Below are positions 11,505-23,621 of a stretch of 64,000 bases of DNA, one piece after another; the first letter of the stretch is position 1, and each line of letters opens with the position of its first letter. A program made the position numbers and the translations under genes. The stretch comes from Diadema antillarum (Eukaryota), in contig NW_027271725.1 in NCBI RefSeq assembly GCF_040938485.1, forward strand, positions 1,612,001-1,676,000, in the 5' to 3' direction. Under the pieces are notes generated by a model. The model had not been told where the DNA came from. It did no database searches and saw only the letters and a list, made by a program, of their open reading frames with translations.

Positions 11505-13670
11505 AAGGACTAAAGGACAAAACATGGAGCATATCTCATGGCATATCTAAAACAGCAAAAAGAGCAAAGCATGATGGGAATTTCAAAGCTACTCGGTCCA
11601 TCAATGAGCATGTGCATATTGACTCAGACTGTGGAATTGCTTGTTGGGAGAAAGGTGTAGTCTGAAGATTTCCCTGAAAGGAGGCATACAAGTTGCCACA
11701 TACCACTAGAAGAGTCTGTTTAGAGTCTTATCACTGCTGGAATGAGTAATACCAACATGCATGTGAATGAAGCTAAGTAAATTAAATATGAGTCATAGCT
11801 TTCATATTCCTCTTTGGTTAGCAACATTGCAAACTGAAAATGTCATTTTTGTTTATTCGCTTTCATCGTGTGCATATGCGCAGCACTAAAACTGATCTCA
11901 GATGCACCAATTCTTCCAAACCCCCAACCCCCTCACCCCCAGCACCCATGCACACACAAATGCAAAACAAAACAACAAGCAATTTATAGTAAGAAGGAAC
12001 ATGTAGGAGGGTAAGAAATGTGCCGTACAAGTGCATTTCACATGTTTTCCTTCCACAAGATCTGCAGAGAGCAAATGGCAGTCAAATATGTAAGCATTAA
12101 TGGCTGTAGGTATATTGAACAGAGTTCCAGCCTGCAGTAATGCTATGGTAGCATTGTACTCGCTTGTACAATGTAGATGTTTTGTCTGTGTTTGGAATAG
12201 CAAAAAGGTCTTTTATTTGTTCTTGTTATGGGGGATGTTGTGCTTGTCGATTTGTGTTTTTGTGTGATTATTCAGTTTTACATGGCATGCTTTTCATTTC
12301 ACAGTCACTGAACTTTTGTTGAGACTATAGCTATGCTGATTGCAAAGAGATTAAAGATCTATTTTCTTTTCTATTTAGTTGAAATTGATTGTATAATATT
12401 GGTTACACTTCAGTAAGTGTTATGCTTACACACATTTTGTTTGTGATTTTTTTTTCTTTTTTTTTTGTAAATCAAGTAAAGTATCTAGATCAGTTTTGAA
12501 GGATTGGAAAACATTTATCTCTAACTAAATGAGCAGAACTTTAGGTCCATGCAATTTCAGAATTGTTGCGGGCTATTATCACATACTCTTGGATATTCAA
12601 GGCATGAAATGATAGCACAAATTGACAGTCATTTCCTGTTGCATAGACCTCCTTTTCCTAAGCTGCTGTTCTTGTGCAGACTCATTTGTTGTTGATTGTT
12701 TATAACACTGCTTTGCTCCAAGAAAAGGTGCTGTTGCAGAGCATTTTTCCCACAAACATCTTTTAGTTATATTTTATACTTATTATTCCTTCTAAATGAG
12801 ACCTGTGCCCTGTGAAAGAATGTCATAAGACAGTGTTGGCATAATTATGCAGATATTGCAATTTTGGCTGATGCTATGTGCCAAAATTACTTTGGACAAA
12901 TTTACTTCTATCAAAGAGAAAATAGTATTTTAAAATTATGGTACACACAGGTGTGGAGCTTTCGTATGGATGCAATTCTGAGGTCTTCAGAATATGAAAT
13001 AATTCCCTTTTTCGATTTCTGCCTCTAAAATGTGATTCAGGCATCATATGAGATGTATGTATTAAAGTGACAGTTTAGATGAAAAAAAAAATTGTTGTTA
13101 GCCATGAACCAAGAGTTAAAAAACAAAAAACAAACAAACAAACAAAAAGTAAATAAAACAAGAAAGAGGATAGTTAACATGTGCATATCCATGTACTCAT
13201 ATTAATGAAATGGGGGGGGGGGGGGGAGATATGTAAGAAGCAATTTTTAAGCAGTTTGTTCAAAAGAAAGGGTTGTAATACAATAATACACAGAATGAGA
13301 TATGGATACTGTGCTGTTGATTTTTCATACACCATTGTGGTTGATTGTTGATGATTTTGTACAAGTGCCAAAAACTAAACCCTTTTTTTGCTGTTGAAAT
13401 GCATGTTTGAATGTGAATGCATTTCATGCTATTACACAAGAGTTGAACTTTAGCACAGTAAATTGCAAATATGCCATGCAAGAACCTTTGCTTCTGAGAT
13501 AGATACAAACTGTAATCAGAGCTATCATTTAGGAGCAATTCTTCTAATGCATATTTTTACAGCATGTTCTAGAAGGACAACACATCCTTATGTTTAAAGC
13601 TCTACTTGGTTACTTATTTGCTTGATGGGACATTCAAAACACAGAAAAGGTCATTTGTTTTTAAATGTGC

Positions 13671-13676
13671 AATAAA
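13671..13676 (+). terminator. Candidate polyadenylation signal (AATAAA) for CCDC124
   Basis: AATAAA ~2.2 kb downstream of the stop, followed by T-rich sequence. Usage is unverified. Confidence 0.3.
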
Positions 13677-14237
13677 ATCATTTTGATTGAAGTTTTTGAC
13701 CCTTCGTGAAAAACTTGACTTGATAGTTGTGGAAACCAAATTACATGTATTTCCTTACTGTAGAACTTCCGGTGAGATGCAAGTGATTTGTTTGCTGCAA
13801 AATTTATACAATTATATTCTTCTTTTTCTCATTTTCTTCTCATTATATCGTAATTATGTTACCATCAATACCTTAGCATTTCAGTACCTTTTTTTATTAT
13901 CACCATTATTATTATTTTTTTGGTGTTGGTGGTAAATGTCTGTGATTTACTGTACACTGTAGGCATTGTATGTTCTTTTATATGTAGTTATTCAAAATCA
14001 GTACACTTCAATCTTAACACCTGTTTCTGAAGTACACATTCTGGTAGTCCTGGGTCATAAAGAGGTAATTGGATATTAAAAGAGCAATAAGATAATAGAT
14101 TTGCTCTCTTTTACAGCATCAGGAATTCATATCTTGATTTTGCAACACTTCTATCGGTATATTCAGAAGAGCATTTGGTCAAAATACAATTGTTCTCACG
14201 TGGTTCTTTGTTTGAAAAGCCGTATCACAGTGCAGTT

Positions 14238-14360
14238 CAGGGTCCTGTTTTATGAAGAGTTAAAATTGATTATATAGTTAATTTCAACTGTAAGCCTATG
14301 GCAGCCTTTGTGGTAAGGAAATTTAAAATCGATTTCATCTTTTGAAAAAACGGGGCCCAG
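14238..14360. mobile_element. PIF/Harbinger-like MITE
   Basis: CAG on both flanks (3-bp TSD); TIR-like GGTCCTGTTTTATGAAGAG / ATCTTTTGAAAAAACGGGGCC. Confidence 0.5.
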
Positions 14361-14501
14361 GTCTGTGTAGTTGGTGCTCACATGCGGTGCTGTGCCACGA
14401 ATGAAATCATGGGGGCTTTCCCAGTCACCTGCTCGATGAGACGTAGCCGATAAACTCTCATCATGTGTATGTACTGTATATGTGTCGTCATATCTGGGCA
14501 T

Positions 14502-14682
14502 TACATTGGAACCTTCCTATAAGGACGACCCAAGAACTATGAAAATTACCTCGTTATATCAGGTTTCTCACTGTATCAGGGTACAAAAGCTAAGGAATGT
14601 AAAGAGGTGGGACCTGCGAAAATCACTTTGTAATGAGAGGGTTTTGTTATGGCTGACCTCTTTATAACAAGGTTCCCCTGTA
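14502..14682. mobile_element. Tc1/pogo-like MITE
   Basis: Imperfect TIRs TACATTGGAACCTTCCTATAA / TTATAACAAGGTTCCCCTGTA with TA ends. Confidence 0.55.
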
Positions 14683-16370
14683 CTGTACTGGTCATTGTTA
14701 CCTTCATCACCCTCTTTCTTCCCTGAATCGATGTCTTCTCCAGTTTCTTCTCATGATATTGCATGTACCTAGGAGTAATAGTGTCCATGTTGCCATGCTC
14801 CTACACATCACTGACCCTGTACCAATCTTGTCTTTATCCCACTCCTTTGCCTCGTCTTGTCTCAGTGGTAGCAGTGGTCTACTCTCCTGTAGTCCTCCAG
14901 TCAGGACTCACATTTTCTGAGATCTCTTATTCTGGCACACAAAGGATTAATGCAAGTGTACTTTTATAATCTGGTCACAATAAAATGTGTACTTTTATTT
15001 TTTTATTTCTTTTATTTTTTTGGTATGGGGGGGGGGGTTAATATGCAGAATGGAAATGGACAGTGTTTAAAAATTTCTATTGTGTGATGGTGCTAACATT
15101 GACAAGGATTATACTTTTTTGGTATATACTGCGTATAAAGACATTTGATAATTATGGTAAATACTATAAAAGAGGTTCTGTAATGCAAATGTACCTTACA
15201 TTACACATACAATGTATCATTGATATATCATACAGGGTGACAAATGTTCTTAATATTCATTGCAAAACAGTTGCCAGTCATTTCCTTTGCTTCATGAGTG
15301 TGTGTCGTTTGTCCTCGTTGATAACTGAAGGTGTAATTTCAAATCAATTTTGACAATGGCAGGAATTGTTCCATTTCTAATTCTATCTTCAGTTCTACAT
15401 TGTATTTTGTATTTGGTGTTTTAAACACTCAGGCCAGATTGCACTAAAAATTTCATGCACTAGTGACTTATAGAAAAAGCAGTTGTCAAACCAAAAGCCA
15501 TCTAACTCCCATAATTTGTGCTTGTTATAGTTGTTACCAGGTTAATTATCATTATTGTACATATGCATATCATTGCGAATATTTTCTGTCCCCCTTTGAA
15601 CACAGCTCAGTGCTTCTTTTTTTTCACTTGTGTGTCATTTACCCAGTCCAAGCATACGACTGTTTCTTTGTGGGAGGAGATAAGTTGTCCTCGTGTACCT
15701 AGGTGAATCTCAAGATGGCAATGCAAATATTGACTATACAATGGCAGTTTGTCCCATGAATAAACGTTTAAATGAACGGAAACCTAATAATGGCATTTAC
15801 ATTCTCTTGTTAATATTTTTGCTCATTTGTTTTTGTAGACTGATACGAAATATGTCTGAATGCATGAAGTTGATGATTATTGCCTGTTACACCCCATTTT
15901 GGGAAGAATAAACCCACATAATTGGCAATCCATTGGAACTGAATAAAGGAGGGGTGGAGATTCCTGAAAAGTAGGTTTGTAAGTGTGAAAAAAGACATAC
16001 GCGTTGTATTATGTCCAATAGGAAACTACACAAGTCGGAAAATTGGCTCAGTAAAAGAAAACTACCCCAGATGGATTATACTGTAAATATGTACATGTAC
16101 TTGCTAATTTAACGTGTATGTTAAATTTTTGTAAATCTAAAGACTTTCTGTGACCTTTTCAGATTTGACTTGTGCAAGATTGACTCGATGTACATGTATC
16201 TATATGTAAAACTGTAGCTCTGTTCCATTTGCAGACAAAGGGGGGAGGGAGGCTTTATGGAATGTATGTTTGGTTCCATGCATGCAACACTTATTTTTCC
16301 TCTTTATTCATTGATCTGTGTGCATATACATAATCTTGATACTGCTGCCATGGCTGGAGGTACATGTAGC

Positions 16371-16577
16371 TACTGTGGATATTTTCGTGTGAGTAATTTT
16401 TTGTGCTCGGCCTGGTAAGATGAGTTTTGCATATTTTTAATTCCACTGAATCAAGACATGAACTACTGGAACAAATAGCAAGCAAAAATTTTTGCATGCT
16501 TTTATTTTCACTCTGGTTTCTGATAGTGGATAATGTGTGAGCAGTTTGACACCGCAAAATTTTCCACTTTTACAGTA
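16371..16577. mobile_element. TA-flanked MITE, decayed inverted copy of the 19757-19995 element
   Basis: Aligns with the reverse complement of 19757-19995 (TTTTTAATTCCAC..AATCAAGACAT.AACTACTGGAAC...GCAAGCAAAAAT.TT.GCATGCTTTTA). It ends CCACTTTTACAGTA, and several CpG have become TpG. Confidence 0.7.
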
Positions 16578-17767
16578 GATATAACATTTCTCAACTGCTT
16601 TCCTGATACCCCACTGTTGGCAATATGCTAGCTGTATAAAAGTTTACTCTGTTCTATAAGAGTGAAAAGATGACTCGAGTTCAAAGCTCATATCAGACTG
16701 CATGCATTCTCAGGACCAAAGACACAATGACATACCTATCCTTTCTCTTCCATGCATTCACTTCAATCAATATGCAAAAACACTTCTCTCATGTAAAAAC
16801 CGATATTGGTCATTTAAAGTTTGTTCATATGACACATTTCTTTCAGCACACAGTATGTAAAACAAGGCTTGTTAGTTTTATCATCCCCCCCCCTCAAAAA
16901 ACAAAAAAAAACAAAAAAAAATGAACAAAATGTACACACATAGACATTACTAGTTTTTGATGTTTACTTTACAACAGATGTTTATGCATTCTGATATGTA
17001 CACATGTAGTTCAGTTTAGGAGGCAAAATGTGTAAATCTCACATTGCATAACATTAATTGGGGAAGATATACATTTGTTCACATCTGACACACTCTTGAG
17101 AAAGGTGTAAAGTACCAGTGTAGGGACCTTCAAGTTCCATGAACCAGACTTCCAGTCACTGGATGAAAATACATGTACTAATGATGATTTCCCTTCACAA
17201 GACCACAGTAACCATCACCTACGAGTTGATATCAAGCCTACAGACCAGTTCGCAGTAGGCAATGGTTTTAATAACCTTCAATTTTAAACCCTCGAAACAT
17301 AATGGTAAAGATAACGTAAACACTCATGTATTGGGTATACCCTAAAGGCATACCTTTTTTGTCCTGAAAAATATATAGAAAGTCGGAAGTACCTGTGTCC
17401 GTATTTGGTGAGTTTTTTCTTTTCTTTTCTTTCCTTCTTTTTTTTTGGGGGGGGGGGGGGGGGGTTGTCCATTGTTCAAAGTTGGGGGCGCACCTTACAC
17501 ATGTGTTTACGGTAGATGCCACCTACAAAGCCAATCCATCTTGCTTCTATGTTAACAGGCTCCCTTGAGAATGTTACAAAAAGACATTTATCTGCTCATG
17601 CACAGAATGAAACTCCAAACTGGATCATTGCAAAGAAATTTTCTCTACTGGGTCAGCAGCACAGATTGGGACAAATTCATCAACCTTAACTTGTCTTTGC
17701 TAAGCCAGATGTCACCATGTGTGATACTACAGAGTTGTATGCACCAACTGTTGGTATCCACTACATG

Positions 17768-17936
17768 TACACTGCACTTCCGTTATAAGAACACGGTTTT
17801 AACAAAATTAGGGATACAATGAAGTAAAATTTGGGGCCCAAAATCATCATCTAGATATCTTTATGCACTTCATTTGTTCAGAAATCATGAAATTTCGATA
17901 TAATGAAAGAAAACGGCTGGCCCTGAGTCCTCTGTA
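17768..17936. mobile_element. Tc1/pogo-like MITE, decayed relative of 3653-3840
   Basis: Has CTTCCGTTATAA near its start, shares the internal block TGAAATTTCGATATAATGAAAGAAAA, and ends CTGTA. Confidence 0.5.
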
Positions 17937-19033
17937 TTTAAACCAACGCCCAGTGCAAGAATGCCTTCGCTCAAGTGGTTGTGTATCCCAGATACACAGA
18001 AGTTCATGAGTAGTTTGGCCAATGCATCAATTAAAATTTTAATCAAATTCAAACAAATAACATATTACAGTACCAGTGTGTTTGCATGGTGGACAAATAT
18101 TAATGAGTCAGATAAAGAAATGAAAACCAGCAAGGAATAATTTTCCTCGTATCGCATAGCACTTGCTATGCATTTTGGATATGACTGCGAAACAAAATGT
18201 CATTTGTGTAGAAATTTCATTACATGGAATTGTACACCATCTTGTTTAAAGAATGTGTCCATCAACCAGTACTACAATTCAATTTTAAGATGGGAATTTA
18301 TCCCGTGTACCTGGTATTATCATAATTATTTTCTTTTTCTTTTTCTTTTTTTTCTTTTTTTTTTTAGGGGGGGGGGGGGGGTGTAACAAGTTTTAGAACA
18401 TATGAAAGACAACAAGCACAATTCACTTTTTAAGACCTGTCATGCACGCTTGTGTGGGTACTGTGATTTCTATGCATGAATTCCTTAATCAAAATGTTCA
18501 GAAAAATGCTATTAAAAGGTCTAAATTTTGTAGATGGCAATCCCGTCCACGTACATATCCTATAGTGCCATATTCGCATAATCTGTGTTCAATGATTCTC
18601 AACACTTATATGAAGCCCTGTAGCAAACACTGGTTATGATTTACATGTCATTAGCACTGTATACCAAGTGCTGTGGTCAAGTTAAAAAGTAAGCCTTTAT
18701 ATATGAAACTGAGCTGTGAAAATTCCACTCCATACAAAACTCCCAAGCCCCACAGACTGCGGGATCCAAGAGAAAATGGAATTTTGTACAAGCCAGTGTG
18801 ACTGTCGGCACTGAAATATGAATTCACTAACACCAGCTCTACCAACACACCCTTTCACACCTACAGGCTAATCCTCTCATGTGGCTGGGGCAAAGTTCAC
18901 TCTGTCTGCGTGGGACAGGAGAGTCTCCACACCTCAATGAGGGAGGTGCATGAATAATGGTTTCAGTCACACATACTTTCGATGAAATAGCAATCTGCTC
19001 ATCTAGATCTCTCAGTGCTGCTATCCACACTTG

Positions 19034-19320
19034 GGTTTCCAGTGTACCGGAGGTTGGGCTCCATACATGGGTGCTGTAGCATTTTGGTTGTTTGTCCAGG
19101 TAGAGCACCCTGTAACCTCACTGATGACAATAGTTTCCTGCGTATGGGAGGTTTGCTCTATCCATGGGTGCTGGGAACTTAAAAAAACTTAGTTGTAGTA
19201 AAGCACCCTTTAATCCATGGATGACAATGGTTTCCAGAGGTTTCGCTCCATCCATGGGTGCTGGAAACTTATATTTTGTGGAGGTAGAGCACTCTTTAAG
19301 TGATGGATGATGATGACAAC
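19034..19320. repeat. Three diverged ~90-97-nt tandem units, each with an internal inverted repeat, immediately 3' of the RSL24D1 stop
   Basis: Shared blocks GAGGTT.(.)GCTC.AT.CATGGGTGCTG, GTA(G/A)AGCAC(C/T)CT and GATGACAA occur three times, with unrelated 20-24-nt middles. Confidence 0.85.
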
Positions 19321-19351
19321 ATTCAAAGTTCTCTCGTCACAAGTTCTTGGC

Positions 19352-22300
19352 TCAGTTCTCCTCGGCCTCTGCCATCTCTTCATCCTGTTCCTCGATGACT
19401 TGAACTTGCTCTTCTTGCCTCTTCTTGAGCCCTGTTGCCACGACAATAGAAAAGTAAGCACAATAAATGAAGATGTCAAAACCAATGACACTAGCCACTT
19501 TCATGAAGTGTATAACAAAAGCATACATATTAAACACAAGCAAGGTAAACCACACTGCCACAGTAATTACAACTTCAAAAGTTGAAACAAATTTTTTCAA
19601 CATGTATGCTTTTACAAACATTCTAAATGAAGGCACATGCTTTTATGACCAGGTATATATTCATTAGAACAGTGGTGATAACACGTAGATATACAAAATA
19701 AGTATTATCTTCCCCAAATTACATGCATATATGTATATACCTTTGAAAGTGAAATATACTGTAAAAGTGGAAATTTTCGCAGTATCAAAATTTTCCTGCA
19801 TTTCGCAGTGTTGAAATTTTTGTGCATTTCGCGCAAAAAGGAACTAGCGTGAAAGTAAAAGCATGCGAATATTTTTGCTTGCCATGCGTTCCAGTAGTTG
19901 ATGTCTTGATTGTGTGGAATTAAAAACACGCGAAACTCCTCTTACCCGTACGAGCGTGAAAAATTAGTCGCGCGAAAATATCCACTTTTACAGTATCTCG
20001 TGGATCAATTTTCAGTGAAAGGCAAGATAAGCTTTTCTCATCAACAGTTTCACAAGGAGACAAAGGTTGATCTTGATTGCAAGATGCAAACTGTTAGCCA
20101 ACACATTGGTAATGTAAACAGGTGTATTCTTACCTGCTGCAGGGGACTTGATGAGGTGTATGCTCTGTTTGACCTCTTGAATGTCTCTCTGCTTCCTCAG
20201 CTCCTTACCCTTCTTTAATCTGTACGTAGAAATCCAAGGTGTTCAATGAAAGAAATTACAAAATATCTTATAAGAATGACATAAAAGAGACAATGAGAGA
20301 TGACATAAATTTCTGGTGGCACCGTTTCAAAAATGTTACAACTGATAATATGAATGACAACATTATGACAGATCTTTAATTCATCAGGTAAATTGACCAC
20401 AGCAATGTAATGAAAATCTTTGATTTCTTGACTTTTCTTTGTGATTTCCTGAAATCATAAACAAAGTTAATGATCTGCTACAAGTTTGTGAAAACTTCCA
20501 CTAATCCATAGTCATGATTCATGTTAACATGGTACCATATCAAATCATTTGTGCTCAGAATTGTACATTGTACTCCCATAACCATGACTGTTCACATGGT
20601 TTATCATCAATACCACCACCATTAATGGCACTGCCAGTAGTTTAAAGTAACAAATACCCATTAATGACAACATCTTGAAGTGATATGCAAAAGAAAGCAT
20701 ACATTGTACCATGAGTCCATGACCCCTGTGGAATACAATGTGTATTAAATACACATAGACAGTAACTGCTATGTACTGGTACACTATCAAACATAAAAGT
20801 GAAAACTGTGTTTAGCAGAAGTCATTCTGTAATGACAAGAATCCGGCTCGACTATGAATTCACTGATATAATAATACAAACGTAACATTCACACACACGG
20901 ATATTTCTCCTTGTCAATATGGGCATTCCTAACCACAAAGCTTACCTCATCAAAAAATAAAAAATAAATAAAATATTGACGTTTAAAGTGGCAAGAGAAA
21001 TGACTGCACAAATCAGAGTTGCTGGGTAGTCAGTTCCATGGGTGTTCATATGACCCAATATCCCAGTCAAACACTTGCTCAACTCAGAGTACCTCAAAGC
21101 ATGACAGCCTGGTGTGAGTTACCATCAAGAAAATCATGCCGAGTGTGAACATAACTACGGTCTAATTACCTGTTGATAATGTGCTGGCCAGCTCTCCTCT
21201 GCTTGATCTCTTCCACTCTGGCCATTGCCTTCATTGTCTTCTGCCACAACTCTCGGTCATACTTCACTGGAACATTCCGCCTCTTCTCAAACTCAAACGA
21301 ATTGTCCTGCGGCAATAATCAACACCAATTCTTTGGCTATGAGAATCTGTCATAGCAAAATTCTAAACTGAAAATGTTTTTTTCACAAAATCTCACTCAA
21401 TCAGTTATGTTCTTCCAATATTTATCAGCATTTTTTTAAAGCATACATAAATACACAGACAGATGTTCTAGTATGCTTATTAAATAATTTTCAAACTCCA
21501 AAAGCATTCTTCACACTGTTAATTGAATGTGCACAGACCTGAATCAGTGGAACTGCAAATGACACTACCAGAAAATATCAACATGTCACACAACGAATAT
21601 CTAATCTAAATGGCTAGAAATATCTACATAAAATCATTATCACTAAGAGGGGAAGTTTATGCTCCCAAACTCCAATCAAAGAGAGACCACTGAAACTCAA
21701 TGTGGGTGACAAATCTTTCAAACTCCATAAAATCTTCTGCAGGTTGACAATGAACTGTATGAATATCAATATGCATTACTGTTATATAGTTCTAGGTGCT
21801 GGCAAACCTGCAGTGTAAACTTGCAGATTTTTATGATTCTCATAAATGTTTGCTGATAAGCCCATAATATAGCACCCTCAATCTCCTCAATCAAGTGACT
21901 ATGCACACAATGTATACTACAGATACAGATACTCACCACAGCCAGCTCCTTGCCAGCAGCTTTCCTGAAGGCCTTGGTCCATCGTACCTTGCGTGGGTTC
22001 TTCTTCTTCTTGAAAGCTTTGTGGCATTTTCCTCGGCAGAACTTAAAAATCTATCATAAGGCAAACAAAAGATGAATCATATCTTTCAGAAGCATTCTGG
22101 TAGATTACATCAAAAGTTACATCACCAGACTAGGCCTAGGTGATCAAGACAAGATTATCGCGACCAATGACAGTGATACGGCTGTATATGACTGACTGAT
22201 TAATGACAAACCAAATCCTACCGTGATTCAAGTACACTCTACTACACATCGACCACCCTTTTTGAAAATGACCGCGTAGTTTTGGCACATAGAACGCTTA

Positions 22301-23446
22301 GTACGCACTGCACTGCACACAGAGCACATAAAAATGTATTGGGTTGGCTTTGACCGTTGATGAGGATGTGTGGGAAAACGCGAAAATTCACTGTTCATTT
22401 AATGGTTTTAATCAAGGACAAAATTTCGAATGAATATTTTACCCAAATCGTAATGTAATGTCAATAAAAGCTTCGTACAACACGGTGTTCAATACAACTC
22501 AATTAGTGTGCATTGTCAATGCAAAAACACTTGACAGTGGTCGATCTAAAAAAGGAGCGGCACCGCACGGAGCTGAAAAGAGGCCACTCAAGTTCGACGA
22601 CGATATTTTTGCACTGAAACTTCAAATTGAAAAGGGAACAACAGCATTTCATAGTGCTGGATTTTCTCAACCACGTAGGTCAAGTTTTTACGTGAATTTC
22701 GATGTTAAATATTCTTGTCAAGCAATAACTATACACAGCCCAGTCGCTGTACGTACGTACGTCGCACAGCATACTTACAGTGTCTGGTCGGGCTAGTCAA
22801 GCAAATGAAAATTAGGTGGTCGATGAGTAGTAGGTCCAACCATACATTACGTCATTACCAGCAGTACTCGAAGTCTTGACAATTGTCAATGGCCTGTCTT
22901 TTTAATCTACTAGTACTGAACAACACTGGCAAGTGGCAGGTTTGTAAGCATGCATGGATTATCAATGTACGATACGACAGTTATAATTTTGATCTTCACT
23001 CCATCCACAGTCGACCATCACAAATCAAATGAAGTAACGCAAGTGTTAGGCCTATCCAAATAACTGAGCCCAGTGTTTATACTTCTTTGAGAGGACAAAC
23101 AAGACTGTCGAAGCGCTTTTGTGTGAAAACACTGGAGTTATATCGAGTGATAGAACCTATTTTATCCGTATTTAGGTGCATTCGCTTTGCCCTCTCAATG
23201 AACCGATTTTCTGCTGTATTGGTACGCATTGTGAATCATACGCCATATCACCACGACCACAGCAAACTCAAACGTGCGACTCATTCCAGAGAGCATCATG
23301 AGCATTCAACAAAAATTTAAATTTATACACTCCTAACAAATAACATATAATTTGAACACACTCACTTTACTATCGTTGCGGACAAATTGAATTCCATGCC
23401 CTGGGTAGATGGGGCTTGAGCAAAAGTAGCACTTTTCGACCCTCAT
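19352..23446 (-). CDS. RSL24D1: Ribosome biogenesis protein RLP24 (RSL24D1, L24e family), 165 aa
   Basis: Exons 23446-23366 ([27 protein letters not shown]), 22050-21937 ([38 protein letters not shown]), 21306-21170 ([21 protein letters not shown]...), 20219-20134 and 19431-19352 (acidic tail, TGA). All introns are GT-AG and the joined CDS is 498 nt. [11 protein letters not shown] distinguishes RLP24 from cytosolic RPL24. Confidence 0.97.
19757..19995. mobile_element. TA-flanked MITE in RSL24D1 intron 4
   Basis: Near-perfect 24-bp TIRs TACTGTAAAAGTGGAAATTTTCGC / GCGAAAATATCCACTTTTACAGTA. Confidence 0.8.
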
Positions 23447-23621
23447 GTTTCTCTGTCCTTCTCATGTATCTTGCCGTACAAAGTATGCGTGTTCTCACTG
23501 CATGCATGCACTATGATATGCAATTATGCGCAAGGGCCGGGACTGTACAGCAAGCCTACAGCATGCCGATACGATCCATCCATCCACGTTGTTGTCTGTC
23601 GCAATACTTGCAATATTGAGA

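Noticed and set aside
17114-17157. Minus-strand exon-like segment (DWKSGSWNLKVPTL) and an acceptor near 14930
   Set aside because: It cannot be linked to a start exon or any recognisable protein.
19034-19320. CRISPR array interpretation of the repeat/variable-spacer pattern
   Set aside because: Eukaryotic 3' UTR context, only three degenerate units, and no cas genes; kept only as a structured tandem repeat.
19349-19354. Selenocysteine or readthrough at the RSL24D1 TGA
   Set aside because: The protein is already full length, the stop context is not a known readthrough motif, and the downstream hairpins lack a recognisable SECIS core.
20553-20612. Possible C/D-box snoRNA in RSL24D1 intron 3 (TGATGA...CTGA, minus strand)
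   Set aside because: The C box is imperfect, the span is only ~55 nt, the terminal stem is weak and I recognise no rRNA-complementary guide.
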